Source of the DNA: an uncultured Gammaproteobacteria bacterium
GTDB taxonomy: Bacteria; Patescibacteriota; Patescibacteriia; UBA2591; UBA6264
DNA: 64,000 nucleotides
Direction of reading: 5' to 3'
Assembly (NCBI GenBank): GCA_964596735.1
Contig: CAZQVF010000005.1
Span: forward strand, 13,328 to 77,327
Positions 7,538 through 17,334 of this stretch are shown piece by piece. Both the position numbers and the translations under genes were made by a program. Positions within the stretch are counted from its first letter, which is position 1, and every line of letters starts with the position of its first letter. The notes beneath the pieces were generated by a model. The model saw nothing but the letters and a program-made list of their open reading frames with translations, made no database searches and was not told the DNA's origin.

Positions 7538-10279
7538 TTACAAATCTTGAGCTTTTTCTACTCTTACCCCTCCGCCTTTTTCTAAAATGACTATATCTCG
7601 TCGGCCAATTTTCTTGGTTAATAAAAGTTTAGCCAAAACATCACTGACTCGATTCTGGATTGCTCTTCTTAATGGCCGAGCTCCAAAAGCTGGATCAAAA
7701 CCAGCTTCTGCCAACTCTGTAACTGCTTCATCTGTTGCTTTTAAAGTAATTCCTTTTTCTTCAAGCTGTTTGGTTAATTTTCTCAAAAGCAATCTTGTAA
7801 TTTGTTTTATTTCTTCCATACCTAATGGCTTGAAAACAACTGTGCCGTCAAAACGATTTAAAAATTCCGGTCGAAAATACGGTCTTAATTTTTCTTGAAT
7901 TAAGGTTTCTGTAATCATTTCTACAGAAGTCCCTTTTGTGATTTCTTCTTGAATAAAATCTGTTCCTGCATTAGATGTACAAATTATTATCAGATTGGTA
8001 AAATCAATTGTTCTCCCAAGAGCATCTGTTAGACGACCATCATCCATTACCTGGAGAAACACATTTAAAATATCTGGGTGGGCCTTTTCAATTTCATCAA
8101 GAAGCAATAAAGAAGAGGGGTTTAACCGTACTGATTCGGTTAACAATCCTCCTTTTTCTCCTCCCGGGACTCCAATTAAACGGTTAATGCTTCCTTTTTC
8201 CTGATACTCACTCATATCTAACCTAATCATTCTATTTTCTTGTCCAAAATATACTTCAGTAACTGTTTTAGCCAATTCTGTTTTTCCCACCCCAGTTGGC
8301 CCTAGAAAAAGTAAATTAACAATTGGTTTTTTCTGGCTACGTAATTCTGTTCTTGCTCTTCTTAAAGCTGCAGCAACCATATTAACTGCTTCATTTTGAT
8401 CAATTAATCTCTTGTGTATTTGTTCTTCTAAATTTAAGAGTTTAGTCGATTCTTTTTCTGTAAGTTTGGTTACAGGAATTTTTGTCTTTTCAGCAACTAA
8501 AGCGGCTACGTCTTCTGCTTGAACAATGCTCTTTTTGCCTTTTCTATTTTTCACGGCAATAGCTACTTCTTTTAAAAGGTTAATTGCTTTATCTGGTAAA
8601 AATTGTTCGTGCAAATAGCGGGATGATAAATCAACCGCTTGATTTAAGGCGCCATAGGAAAAATAAACATGTTCACGAGCTTCAATTGGAGCTGCCTGAG
8701 CCTCTAAAATCTGAATGGTCGCATTTTCATCCGGCTCTTCAATCTTTACCTTTTGAAAAACCTCTCCCAAGGCTTTGGTTTCAATTAAACGACGGTATTC
8801 ATTGGGAATAGATGTTGCTAAAACTAAAAATAATCTTCTTTTCAAAATGCTAGATAAAATTTCTGAAACATCTAATTCTCCTTCAGTTGTACGAACTCCT
8901 ACCATGTTGTGAATATCTTTAATAACTAAAATGATATTTCCCGAACGAGCCACTTCACTAAGAATAATTTGTATTCTTTGTTCAATCTCACCTGATTGTG
9001 AAGCTCCGGCAATCAAACTCGCCAAACTTAAACTGACTAATCTTTTATCTTGAAAGATTTTAGGCACATCCTCTGTAACCATACGCCGAGCCAAACCATT
9101 AATAATAGTTGTCTTTCCTACTCCTGGTTGACCAACTAAAACTACTCCTGGCCGTCCTCCTTCAAGAACTCTAAAAATCTCTTTGACTTCTTTCTCTCTG
9201 TCCATACAGACACCTAAATATCCGCTACGAGCCATTTGAGTCAAATCCTCTCCATGAGCATCAAGATTGGGCGTGGCAATAGCCGTATAAGCCCTATTAA
9301 TTGGGCCCTTAGGTTTAAACCTAGCTTGCCCGGCAAAACTATGTGCCTGCTTGCTTAATTCTTGATAGACCTTAATCCAAAGGCAAACATTGGTTATCTC
9401 ATTTAGACCAACCTCTAAATCGTAAAAAATCTCTTTAACTGGTCCTTCAAAACTCATTAAGGCCTGTAGAATTTCTAAGGGGGAAAGCGAGGTGCTATTA
9501 CCCTCTCCAGCCAAGACATAAGCCCTTAAAAGGACCTTTTGTGTTTCTAGACTATAAGAAACATTTTTAAATGGGCCAGATTTATTAATCTTACCCAGAC
9601 CTCGAGCCACCTTGTCTTGTAGACTTTTCCAATTTAAGCCCAGTCGATTAATAACTAATTTGACATCTGAACCTTCTAAACAACTAGCAAGAATATGAAT
9701 TGGTTGAATCTGCTGATGTTTTAATTTACGAGCTAAAGCCCATGATTTTTGCATGACTTTAACTGAATCTTTAGAAAAAGCTTCTGCAACATCAATTTTA
9801 AACTTCTTGGAAAGGTGGTCTGTTTCTTCCCAATTTTCTGGAATCTGGACACTTTCTCTGATCGATTTTGGCCAATTCTTTTGTCTTTCGTCTTGCTCTT
9901 TTTCTAAGGTATAAAAAAGATAACAATCAGTTAATATTGAAAACCAAATGTATAAAAGCAACCTTTCTTGAGATATATTTAAATATGATATCTGATTTAA
10001 GATATTAATAATGAATTCGGGAACAACAACCTCGGGCAAATTTAAAACTATTTTAAATAAACAAATCAAACCCCAAACTCCAAACAAAATTAATAAAATC
10101 TTAATAATAACTTTTAAAAATCTCCCTAATCCATTGCTAATAATTTCGGCTCTGTTAAAAATTTTGTCTAAAAATAAGATATAACCACCAAACCAGGCAT
10201 AAATTTCCCGACCATTACAGGTAGGACACTTTTTTAAAGGGGTCTTTCCTTGGCAATTTGGACAAATAATAAAATTCAT
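7538..10279 (-). CDS. ClpC/ClpB-type double-AAA+ unfoldase with N-terminal zinc ribbon and TM anchor
   Basis: CPNC..CPTC zinc ribbon, hydrophobic helix ILLILFGVWGLICLFKIVL, Clp-N-like repeats. AAA1 is GQPGVGKTT; AAA2 is GPTGVGKTELAK with sensor region. Confidence 0.85.
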   Translation of the reverse strand: MNFIICPNCQGKTPLKKCPTCNGREIYAWFGGYILFLDKIFNRAEIISNGLGRFLKVIIKILLILFGVWGLICLFKIVLNLPEVVVPEFIINILNQISYLNISQERLLLYIWFSILTDCYLFYTLEKEQDERQKNWPKSIRESVQIPENWEETDHLSKKFKIDVAEAFSKDSVKVMQKSWALARKLKHQQIQPIHILASCLEGSDVKLVINRLGLNWKSLQDKVARGLGKINKSGPFKNVSYSLETQKVLLRAYVLAGEGNSTSLSPLEILQALMSFEGPVKEIFYDLEVGLNEITNVCLWIKVYQELSKQAHSFAGQARFKPKGPINRAYTAIATPNLDAHGEDLTQMARSGYLGVCMDREKEVKEIFRVLEGGRPGVVLVGQPGVGKTTIINGLARRMVTEDVPKIFQDKRLVSLSLASLIAGASQSGEIEQRIQIILSEVARSGNIILVIKDIHNMVGVRTTEGELDVSEILSSILKRRLFLVLATSIPNEYRRLIETKALGEVFQKVKIEEPDENATIQILEAQAAPIEAREHVYFSYGALNQAVDLSSRYLHEQFLPDKAINLLKEVAIAVKNRKGKKSIVQAEDVAALVAEKTKIPVTKLTEKESTKLLNLEEQIHKRLIDQNEAVNMVAAALRRARTELRSQKKPIVNLLFLGPTGVGKTELAKTVTEVYFGQENRMIRLDMSEYQEKGSINRLIGVPGGEKGGLLTESVRLNPSSLLLLDEIEKAHPDILNVFLQVMDDGRLTDALGRTIDFTNLIIICTSNAGTDFIQEEITKGTSVEMITETLIQEKLRPYFRPEFLNRFDGTVVFKPLGMEEIKQITRLLLRKLTKQLEEKGITLKATDEAVTELAEAGFDPAFGARPLRRAIQNRVSDVLAKLLLTKKIGRRDIVILEKGGGVRVEKAQDL

Positions 10280-10285
10280 TTTTAA

Positions 10286-10645
10286 TTAAAATAATAATTT
10301 AATAATTTGCCAGAGACTAATAATTGGCAAAATCAGCCACAGGACAAATAGAACCAAAAATCCAATCGTCCCTAGTAAAAATAAAAAAGAACGCCAAATT
10401 AAAATAATCAAGCGCATGAAAAAACTAATAATTCTTCCCGACATTGATCGTTCACCAAACATGGGCTTAAAAAGATGGGTGAACATCAATTTTAAAGCTA
10501 AATTACGAAATAAATTACTAACACCATTAATCAATCCTAAAAATCTTTTTTTTGCACCGATAGTGTACCACCAAAAAGGAAAGGTAATAATATTTACTAA
10601 ACCGTATAAAAGCGTGGATTTAATAACGGCTGTCAAAATAGACAT
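10286..10645 (-). CDS. hypothetical small membrane protein
   Basis: 119 aa with 3-4 hydrophobic helices. Confidence 0.4.
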   Translation of the reverse strand: MSILTAVIKSTLLYGLVNIITFPFWWYTIGAKKRFLGLINGVSNLFRNLALKLMFTHLFKPMFGERSMSGRIISFFMRLIILIWRSFLFLLGTIGFLVLFVLWLILPIISLWQIIKLLF

Positions 10646-10664
10646 ATTTAGGTCTTCTTTAAAA

Positions 10665-10925
10665 TTATCTTATTGAACTAGAGGCTAGTCCTCTTATTTT
10701 TTTAAAAGTATCTCTGACGACCACCTTCTCTTTAGAAACAGATAAAACCTGTTTTGCTCCGATTATTAAGTGCCCTTGAAATAAATTTTTTAAAAAATTA
10801 TGGCTTTTAATAAAATAATTTTTAACTTGTCCTGTTTCTGGATCAATCTCCAGGTCTACTACTTGACCAAGATAATTACCACTCTCAGTATAAACTGGTA
10901 AATCAATTATCTCTTTTGGGTCCAT
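10665..10925 (-). CDS. PRC-barrel domain protein (YlmC/YmxH-like)
   Basis: 86 aa; GNYLGQVVDLEIDPETGQV...VVRD pattern typical of PRC-barrel proteins. Confidence 0.55.
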   Translation of the reverse strand: MDPKEIIDLPVYTESGNYLGQVVDLEIDPETGQVKNYFIKSHNFLKNLFQGHLIIGAKQVLSVSKEKVVVRDTFKKIRGLASSSIR

Positions 10926-10936
10926 AATTCTAATAT

Positions 10937-11668
10937 CTAAGGCTTAGTTATTTGCTTTGAGGAAGCAAAAACAAGCTTTTGCTCTAAAATAGTAAATAAA
11001 AGACTAGCCAACCAATAAAGCATTAACCCGCTAGGCAGGGTCATTCCAATAAAAACCGTTAAAGCGGGCATCATAAATTTCATCTGCTTATTCATTGTTG
11101 CCATCATGTTCTCGTCTTTTGCTCCGCTTTGTTTAAGTACTTTCTTGTCCGGTTGCTCTGTTGTAAAGGCCTTCATTTGAACATATTGCAAAATGCCAGT
11201 GACCAAGGCAAGAATTGGACTAGCTTTTGCCAAATCTAGCAGGCCAAAGGCCATAATATTTAAAGTCCCTGGATTGTGAATAAAAGAATAAATAGGTAAA
11301 GAATTATCGCTTAAACCAACTCTAAAAACCTGAAAAACAGCAATTAAAATAGGAAGTTGAATTAATAATGGCAAACATGAAGAAAAAGGGTTAACCTTGT
11401 TTTCTTTGTAAAGACTCATCATTGCTTGAGCTTGCTTGTCCTTTTGATTAGCATACTTTTTTTTAAGCTCTTCTAATTTTGGCTGAAGTTCTTTAAGTGC
11501 TTTTTGTGATTTAATTGATTGGCGAGAAAGCGGGAATAACAACAACTTAAGTACCAAGGTTAAAATAATTATTGCTAGCCCTAAATCATGTCCGGGAATT
11601 AAATTGTAAAAAAACACCAGAAGATTAAGCAACGGTTCATAAAGAATTATCTTAAAAAATTCAATCAT
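10937..11668 (-). CDS. yidC: membrane protein insertase YidC (short Gram-positive-type)
   Basis: ...LLFPLSRQSIKSQKALKELQPKLEELKKKY...LPLLIQLPILIAVF conserved YidC/Oxa1 core. Confidence 0.85.
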   Translation of the reverse strand: MIEFFKIILYEPLLNLLVFFYNLIPGHDLGLAIIILTLVLKLLLFPLSRQSIKSQKALKELQPKLEELKKKYANQKDKQAQAMMSLYKENKVNPFSSCLPLLIQLPILIAVFQVFRVGLSDNSLPIYSFIHNPGTLNIMAFGLLDLAKASPILALVTGILQYVQMKAFTTEQPDKKVLKQSGAKDENMMATMNKQMKFMMPALTVFIGMTLPSGLMLYWLASLLFTILEQKLVFASSKQITKP

Positions 11669-11681
11669 ACTAAACTATATT

Positions 11682-11936
11682 TTATGCAGGATCCCATCCC
11701 CCCTTAGACCAAGGGTGGCAACGAAAAATTCTTTTTAAGGCTTTAATTCCTCCCTTTAAAAGACCGTATTTATTAATGGCGTCATAAGCATATTCTGAAC
11801 AAGTCGGACGGAACTTACAGGTTCCTTTCCAGGGGTGAATTAATGAAAAAACACCATGATCAGGAGAAAAGGTTTTTTGATAAAAACGGATCAATTGCAA
11901 AACTAATAATCGTGGCCAAATAAAAATTTGTTTCAT
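11682..11936 (-). CDS. yidD: membrane protein insertion efficiency factor YidD
   Basis: FRPTCSEYAYDAINKYGLLKGGIKALKRIFRCHPWSKGGWDP signature. Confidence 0.85.
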   Translation of the reverse strand: MKQIFIWPRLLVLQLIRFYQKTFSPDHGVFSLIHPWKGTCKFRPTCSEYAYDAINKYGLLKGGIKALKRIFRCHPWSKGGWDPA

Positions 11937-11939
11937 TCT

Positions 11940-12284
11940 TTAGGATTTAATTAAATTCTGTTTTTGAAAAAGTTTTAAAAGTTTGCTTTTAATTTGTGAA
12001 TAATCTAAATCTTCTGTTCCTGATTTAGTTAAAATCATAAAATCGTAACCCTGAACAATATTAGATAGATTTTCTTTTAAAATCGCTCTAATTCTTCTTT
12101 TTATTTTATTACGTATGACTGCCTTTTTGCTGACTTTAAGGGAAACAATAATTCCAAAACGAGAATAATTGAGATTGTTCTTAATATATTTTAAGCCTAA
12201 AGCATAACTAAAAATAATTTTTCCTTGTTGGGCAACCCGAGCAAAATCCTTGTTCTTAGTTAAACGATATTGTTTGGGCAACAT
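11940..12284 (-). CDS. rnpA: ribonuclease P protein component
   Basis: MLPKQYRLTKNKDF...IRNKIKRRIRA RnpA motifs; lies in the conserved rpmH-rnpA-yidD-yidC cluster. Confidence 0.85.
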   Translation of the reverse strand: MLPKQYRLTKNKDFARVAQQGKIIFSYALGLKYIKNNLNYSRFGIIVSLKVSKKAVIRNKIKRRIRAILKENLSNIVQGYDFMILTKSGTEDLDYSQIKSKLLKLFQKQNLIKS

Positions 12285-12292
12285 AAAGCCTT

Positions 12293-12430
12293 TTAAACAG
12301 TTAACTTCTTTCTCTTTTTAGCCCGCCTTCTTTTTAATATTTGCTGGCCAGCTTTTGTTTGCATTCTCTTTTTAAAGCCATGTGTTCTGGCCCTCTTTCT
12401 TTTTTTGGGCTGATAAGTTCTTTTAGGCAT
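12293..12430 (-). CDS. rpmH: 50S ribosomal protein L34 (absent from the ORF track because it is under 60 aa)
   Basis: Reverse-strand translation gives [45 protein letters not shown], a textbook L34. Confidence 0.85.
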   Translation of the reverse strand: MPKRTYQPKKRKRARTHGFKKRMQTKAGQQILKRRRAKKRKKLTV

Positions 12431-12459
12431 ATTAAAAAAATCTTATTAAATACTTAATA

Positions 12460-12530
12460 CCCTATAATTAAATTACATTAATTTATATATAATAATTTAA
12501 TTTCAAGGTTCTGGTAAAGTCAGGTTCTTA
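12460..12530 (-). promoter_or_regulatory. conserved promoter-like repeat element (minus orientation) upstream of rpmH-rnpA-yidD-yidC
   Basis: Reverse complement reads AAGAACCTGactttacCAGAACCTTGAAATTAAATTATTATATATAAATTAATGTAATTTAATTATA. Confidence 0.5.
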
Positions 12531-12565
12531 TTTTAACACAAAAAGCACTAAACTACAAATACTAT

Positions 12566-14083
12566 TTATCTGGCGTATTCAATAATCCTGTTCTCTCTGA
12601 TTACTGTTACTTTAATTTCACCTGGATATTTTAATTCTTCTTCTATTCTATCAGCTATTTCTCTAGCTAATTTATGGGCATCTGTGTCATCGACTTCCTG
12701 AGGAGTAACAAAAACTCTTAAATCTCGACCAGCCTGAATGGCATAAACTTTTTCAACACCAGAAAAAGTCTTGGCTAAAGATTCTAGTTCTTCTAAACGT
12801 TTTAAATATTCTTCGTAAGTATCTTTTCGTGCCCCTGGTCGAGCTCCGGAAATCGCATCAGCAACTTTAACAATTACTGCTTCCAATGTTGGAGGTTTAT
12901 CTTCATGATGAGTAGCAATAGGAATAATTACCTCTTTACTTAGGCCGTATTTTTCTCCTAAATTCTTACCAAGTTCTGGATGAGTTCCTTGAACCTCAAA
13001 ATCAACTGCTTTCCCAATGTCATGAAGCAATCCAGCTTTTTTGGCTATGGAAACATCGGCTCCTAACTCGTGAGCGAGCATGGCTGAAAGTTCAGCTACT
13101 TCGATAGAATGAAGAAGTACGTTTTGCCCATAACTAGTCCGGTATTTCAATCTGCCCAGAATTTGAACTAACTTTGGATCAATAGTAGGAATTCCAGTTT
13201 GATAAAGCGCTTCTTCTCCTGCTTTTCTAATATCTCGGGCCAATTCTTTTTTCGTTTCTTCAACAATTCTCTCAATACGAGCTGGTTGAATTCGACCATC
13301 AGCAATTAATTTTTCTAAAACTAATTTTGCCAGTTGACGACGAATTGGATTAAAAGCAGAAACAAACACAACCTCAGGTGTATCATCAACAACAATTTCA
13401 GTACCTGTTAATTGTTCTACTACTTTAATATTCCTTCCTTCTCGACCAATAACCCTACCTTTCACTTCGTCTGACGGTAAAGCTACAGAAGCGATTGTCG
13501 TTTCTGCAGTATGGGCTGAAGCATATCTCTCAATAACATTGGTAATTAATTTCTTAGTTTGTTTTTCAATCTCTTCTGCGCCATATTCCTCCATTTTCTT
13601 AATTCTGAGCAAAAGATCCTCTTTCATTTTCTTTTCTAGGTTATTTAAAAGAAACTCTTTTGCTTCTTGTTCAGTCATTCCAGAAATTCTTTCTAGCTCT
13701 TGTCTTGCCTCTTCATAAAGTTGTTTAATTTTAACTTTTGCCTGTTCTAGTCTATCAGCCTTTCCAGCTAGATCCCTTTGCCTTTCTTCTATCTCAAAAA
13801 TCTTTTTTTCAAAAAGAGACTGTCTTTTTTCTAAACGCTCTTCTGAAACTTTTAGTTCTTTTCTTCTGTCTAGTTCTTCTTTTTTTGCTCTATCGATGAT
13901 CTTAAGGCTTTCTTCACGAGCTTTGAAAAAAACTTCTTGTTGTTTGACCTTAGCTTTAGTTAAAATATCTTTTGCTTTTGATTCTGCTGATTCAGTCATG
14001 TATCGACCCATTTGTCGACGAATCAACCAACCAACAAACATTCCAGCTAAGATGCCAATTAAAACGAAAATGTAATCCATCAT
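12566..14083 (-). CDS. rny: ribonuclease Y
   Basis: N-terminal TM helix, coiled coil, KH domain (GREGRNIK), HD domain (LLHDIGKA...HH). Confidence 0.9.
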   Translation of the reverse strand: MMDYIFVLIGILAGMFVGWLIRRQMGRYMTESAESKAKDILTKAKVKQQEVFFKAREESLKIIDRAKKEELDRRKELKVSEERLEKRQSLFEKKIFEIEERQRDLAGKADRLEQAKVKIKQLYEEARQELERISGMTEQEAKEFLLNNLEKKMKEDLLLRIKKMEEYGAEEIEKQTKKLITNVIERYASAHTAETTIASVALPSDEVKGRVIGREGRNIKVVEQLTGTEIVVDDTPEVVFVSAFNPIRRQLAKLVLEKLIADGRIQPARIERIVEETKKELARDIRKAGEEALYQTGIPTIDPKLVQILGRLKYRTSYGQNVLLHSIEVAELSAMLAHELGADVSIAKKAGLLHDIGKAVDFEVQGTHPELGKNLGEKYGLSKEVIIPIATHHEDKPPTLEAVIVKVADAISGARPGARKDTYEEYLKRLEELESLAKTFSGVEKVYAIQAGRDLRVFVTPQEVDDTDAHKLAREIADRIEEELKYPGEIKVTVIRENRIIEYAR

Positions 14084-14094
14084 ATATTTTATTT

Positions 14095-14128
14095 GTTAAA
14101 TAAATAAAAGCCAATTCTTTTTGGCTTT
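14095..14128 (-). terminator. rho-independent terminator after clpP
   Basis: AAAGCCAA-ttcttt-TTGGCTTT hairpin followed by a U-rich tract on the minus strand. Confidence 0.5.
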
Positions 14129-14154
14129 TAAAAGATTTATTTTTAAAAATGTTT

Positions 14155-14733
14155 CTATTTGGTGATAACCTTATCAACCAGACCGTATTTTTTTGCTTCC
14201 TCAACTGTCATATAAAAATCGCGGTCTGTGTCATTTTCTATCTTCTTTAACGATTGTTTAGTGTGCTTAGCTAATATCTTATTAATTCTATCTCTAACCC
14301 TTAAAATATGTTCGGCTCTAATCTTAATATCTGCGGCTGGACCCTCTGCTCCGCCCATTACTTGATGTAACATTATTTCTGCATTTGGTAGGGCCAGGCG
14401 TTTGCCTTTTGCTCCAGCTGATAAAAGGACCGCTCCCATTGAAGCAGCTGTCCCGATACAAATTGTCATTACATTTGGCCTAACATACTGCATTGTATCA
14501 TAAATAGCTAAGCCAGCTGTAACTGAACCTCCAAGAGTGTTGATATAGAGCTTGATATCCTTGTTTTTATCTTCACTAGCTAAAAACAAGAGTTGAGCAA
14601 TAACGATATTAGCAATATCATCAGTAATAGTATCACCAAGAAAAATAATTCTTTCCTTTAAAAGCCTTGAATATATATCATAAGCTCGTTCTCCATGTGT
14701 AGATTTTTCAATAACTGTTGGAACGAGATGCAT
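14155..14733 (-). CDS. clpP: ATP-dependent Clp protease proteolytic subunit
   Basis: [19 protein letters not shown]...[11 protein letters not shown]... ClpP catalytic Ser/His region. Confidence 0.95.
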   Translation of the reverse strand: MHLVPTVIEKSTHGERAYDIYSRLLKERIIFLGDTITDDIANIVIAQLLFLASEDKNKDIKLYINTLGGSVTAGLAIYDTMQYVRPNVMTICIGTAASMGAVLLSAGAKGKRLALPNAEIMLHQVMGGAEGPAADIKIRAEHILRVRDRINKILAKHTKQSLKKIENDTDRDFYMTVEEAKKYGLVDKVITK

Positions 14734-14776
14734 ATATTAAAAATTGTTCACTATTAATTAATTCCCTCCTTCTAGG

Positions 14777-14804
14777 AGTATATCAGCCCAAAAAATTCTG
14801 TCAA
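14777..14804 (-). promoter_or_regulatory. sigma70-like promoter for clpP (TTGACA-N16-TATACT)
   Basis: TTGACA on the minus strand at 14799-14804 and TATACT at 14777-14782. A GGAGG sits ~33 nt upstream of the ATG, too far for a classical SD. Confidence 0.45.
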
Positions 14805-14823
14805 TTTATTGAGGTGGATAACC

Positions 14824-15162
14824 CTAATTTTTAGCTTCATCTAAGGCTTTCTCAACCTGGCTGACTTCTTCCTCTGTCTCATCAAGTAAAAATTTAATCT
14901 TAGGAATAAATTTAAGAAATAAGCTTTTATTTAATAATCTTTGTAAATAACCGATTCTCTTTGAAAGCTCTTTAAAAACTATTTTGGCCTGATTAATAGG
15001 AAAAACACTAATCCAAATTTTTGCCTGCAATAAATCGGTTGAAGTTTCTACATGAGTAATAGTAATTAACGAGCCTTCTGGCGGATCAATTTCCCTAAGA
15101 AAAATTTTGCTCATCTCTCTTTTAATCAATTCATTGATTTGTTCAATTCTTTGAGAACACAT
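14824..15162 (-). CDS. rbfA: ribosome-binding factor A
   Basis: ORF track starts at 15192. Start at MCSQRIEQINELIKREMSKIFLREIDPP (15162) aligns with the RbfA N-terminal helix; SVFPINQAKIVFKELSK core. Confidence 0.8.
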   Translation of the reverse strand: MCSQRIEQINELIKREMSKIFLREIDPPEGSLITITHVETSTDLLQAKIWISVFPINQAKIVFKELSKRIGYLQRLLNKSLFLKFIPKIKFLLDETEEEVSQVEKALDEAKN

Positions 15163-15163
15163 T

Positions 15164-15214
15164 TTTATAATTAAAATATTTTTTAATTTCAAGGTTCTGC
15201 GAAACAGGTTCTTA
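15164..15214 (-). promoter_or_regulatory. short copy of the conserved promoter-like element abutting the rbfA start
   Basis: Reverse complement reads AAGAACCTGtttcgCAGAACCTTGAAATTAAAAAATATTTTAATTATAAAaATG. Confidence 0.45.
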
Positions 15215-15775
15215 AAAACGAAAAAATTTAAAAGGCCTTTCTGTTAAATCAACTATAATTGATGGTTGACCAGTTAATCCCTCTCCTTTTAAGGCCAGAT
15301 TTACCTGTTGACTAAATTCTTTAGTTATCTTTTTTATACTCAAACTAGGTTGAAAGCCTGACATATTAGCGCTAGTTGTGGTTATTGGAAAATTCTTGCT
15401 TAATTGTTGACAAACCTCTGAATCAGGAATACGGACACCAATCGTTTTTTTACCCCCGGTCAAGATTTTAGACACTTTAGCTTTCTTTTTTAAAATAAAA
15501 GTAAAAGGCCCTGGCAAAAGGGCTGACATTAACTTTTCTTGTTCTTTATTAACCCGGGCCAAATCTTTAATTTCCTTTAAACTTGAAACTATTACAGACA
15601 AGGGTGCTTTAAACTCTCTACCTTTTATTCTAAAAACTTTTTGAATTGCCCCCTGATTAAAAATATCTGCTCCCAGACCGTATAGCGTGTCTGTGGGGTA
15701 AATAATTACTTCGCCTTGTTGCAAGGCCTTTCTTGCTTTTCTTATATTTATCTTAGTTGGTGAATAAACTAACAT
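15212..15775 (-). CDS. tsaC: L-threonylcarbamoyladenylate synthase (YrdC/TsaC)
   Basis: YPTDTLYGLGADIFNQGAIQKVFRIKGREFKAPLSV YrdC fold signature. Confidence 0.85.
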   Translation of the reverse strand: MLVYSPTKINIRKARKALQQGEVIIYPTDTLYGLGADIFNQGAIQKVFRIKGREFKAPLSVIVSSLKEIKDLARVNKEQEKLMSALLPGPFTFILKKKAKVSKILTGGKKTIGVRIPDSEVCQQLSKNFPITTTSANMSGFQPSLSIKKITKEFSQQVNLALKGEGLTGQPSIIVDLTERPFKFFRF

Positions 15776-15777
15776 AT

Positions 15778-16329
15778 TTAAAGACCTAATTCCTTAGGAA
15801 TACTTTGCATTGCCCTTAAACTAATTTTTACAAACTCTTCAAGTGACAAATCTAGTTCTTCACAAGCGGCAATAGTTTCTCGATTAGCTCCTCGGGCAAA
15901 TCCCTTTTCTTTATACCTGTTTAAAACGTTTTCTGCACTTAAATTAATAATTTTCTTGTTTGGCATAACCAAGGTCGCCGCAACAATTAAACCAGTAATC
16001 GGGTCTGCACAAAAAAGGGCCTTGGTCATTTTATCTTCACGAGGCAAACCATGAATTTCATTATGAGCCTTAACAGCCGTAATGACTTCTGAATCAATTC
16101 CATGTTGCTGGAGCATTTCCGCCCCTAGCAAACTATGTTTTTCTGGAGTATCTTTGGTTTCTTCATAATCAATATCATGTAAAAGTCCGGTTAAAGCCCA
16201 CTTTTCAATGTTTTCATTGAAATATTTTGCTAATTCCTTCATTACTGCTTCTACGGCCAAGCAGTGCTTAACCAGATTTCTATTTTGAATCTTTTCCTCA
16301 ACTAATTTTAGAGCCTCTTCTCTAGTCAT
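15778..16329 (-). CDS. HD-domain phosphohydrolase (YqeK-like)
   Basis: VKHCLAVEAVMKELAKYF...GLLHDIDYEE HD motif; ~185 aa. Confidence 0.55.
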   Translation of the reverse strand: MTREEALKLVEEKIQNRNLVKHCLAVEAVMKELAKYFNENIEKWALTGLLHDIDYEETKDTPEKHSLLGAEMLQQHGIDSEVITAVKAHNEIHGLPREDKMTKALFCADPITGLIVAATLVMPNKKIINLSAENVLNRYKEKGFARGANRETIAACEELDLSLEEFVKISLRAMQSIPKELGL

Positions 16330-16991
16330 TAAAGCAATTTAAAGTTATTAATCACTAAATGGAATTTATACCCCAGATAATTAGCGGCTTGACGGCAATA
16401 AGTCATCCTTTCTGTAAAAATTTCAAAAAATTCTATAACTGGAACAAACTTTTGGTCAATCTTTAAGGTAAGAATAATCTGTTTTTTAGATCTATTAATA
16501 CTTAGATCTGATTTGGTTACTGCATAATTCACTCGATCATGAATATCGAGCTTAATTTTTTCTAAAGATTTAACTGTTACTCGGGAACGATGAACATCTG
16601 ACTTGTCAGCCAATACAACAATGGCAGATATAGGCTCTGTTAATTTCATTGTATTTTTATCATGATTAGAGATTGCCTGCATTATCCAAACAAGTTCTTT
16701 GGAGGTAAAATCATTTTTAAAAATCTGATGGAATAAAAGGGAACCCCAATAATGATGTTGTGAACGACCTAGAAAATTACCCATATCATGACAAAAGCCA
16801 GCAATAGCTGCCAAGTCTTGACCCCTTTCACTTAGATTAATTTGTTTGGCTAAATTTTTAGCCTCACGCGCAACTAATTTAGCATGGCGCAAGCCATGTT
16901 CAGTATAATCTAATGCCTTAATAGTAATTTCAGACTGATTAATAAACTCCAAAATTTTTGGATGTTTTTTTATGTCTTGAAATGTTAACAT
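16329..16991 (-). CDS. HD-domain phosphohydrolase
   Basis: HGLRHAKLVAREAKNLA...GFCHDMG HD motif. Confidence 0.55.
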   Translation of the reverse strand: MLTFQDIKKHPKILEFINQSEITIKALDYTEHGLRHAKLVAREAKNLAKQINLSERGQDLAAIAGFCHDMGNFLGRSQHHYWGSLLFHQIFKNDFTSKELVWIMQAISNHDKNTMKLTEPISAIVVLADKSDVHRSRVTVKSLEKIKLDIHDRVNYAVTKSDLSINRSKKQIILTLKIDQKFVPVIEFFEIFTERMTYCRQAANYLGYKFHLVINNFKLL

Positions 16992-16997
16992 ACAATT

Positions 16998-17231
16998 TTA
17001 TTTAATATTTAATTTTTCCTTAAACTTTGGGACATCAAATCCCATAATCATTTCCCCGTCGATTTCTGTTACGGGTACGGCCATCTGCCCTGTTTTTTTA
17101 ATAAAATCATCAACCAGATCCTGATGTTGACTAAGATCAACCTCTTCAAACTCGATTTTATTCTCATTTAAAAAATCTTTGACATGGTGGCAATAAAGAC
17201 ATGATGGTGATGTATAAACAATTATTTTCAT
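16998..17231 (-). CDS. glutaredoxin-like protein (NrdH/Grx family)
   Basis: 77 aa; CLYC active site in a thioredoxin fold (IIVYTSPSCLYCHHVKDFL). Confidence 0.75.
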   Translation of the reverse strand: MKIIVYTSPSCLYCHHVKDFLNENKIEFEEVDLSQHQDLVDDFIKKTGQMAVPVTEIDGEMIMGFDVPKFKEKLNIK

Positions 17232-17256
17232 ATATTCTTAGTTAATTGGTTATTTA

Positions 17257-17334
17257 CTGTTAGTATAAGAACCTGCTTCGCAGAACCTTGAAATTAAATT
17301 CTATTATATATAAATTAAGGTAATTTAATTATAA
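17257..17334 (+). repeat. conserved promoter-like element, copy 2 (tandem with copy 3), facing the 3' end of the DGR RT gene
   Basis: AAGAACCTGcttcgCAGAACCTTGAAATTAAATTCTATTATATATAAATTAAGGTAATTTAATTATAA, near-identical to the aspS copy. Confidence 0.5.

Noticed and set aside
14764-14772. GGAGG upstream of clpP as a Shine-Dalgarno sequence
   Set aside because: It lies ~33 nt upstream of the only possible in-frame start (stop codons intervene), too far for ribosome positioning. Other genes in the window lack SD motifs.
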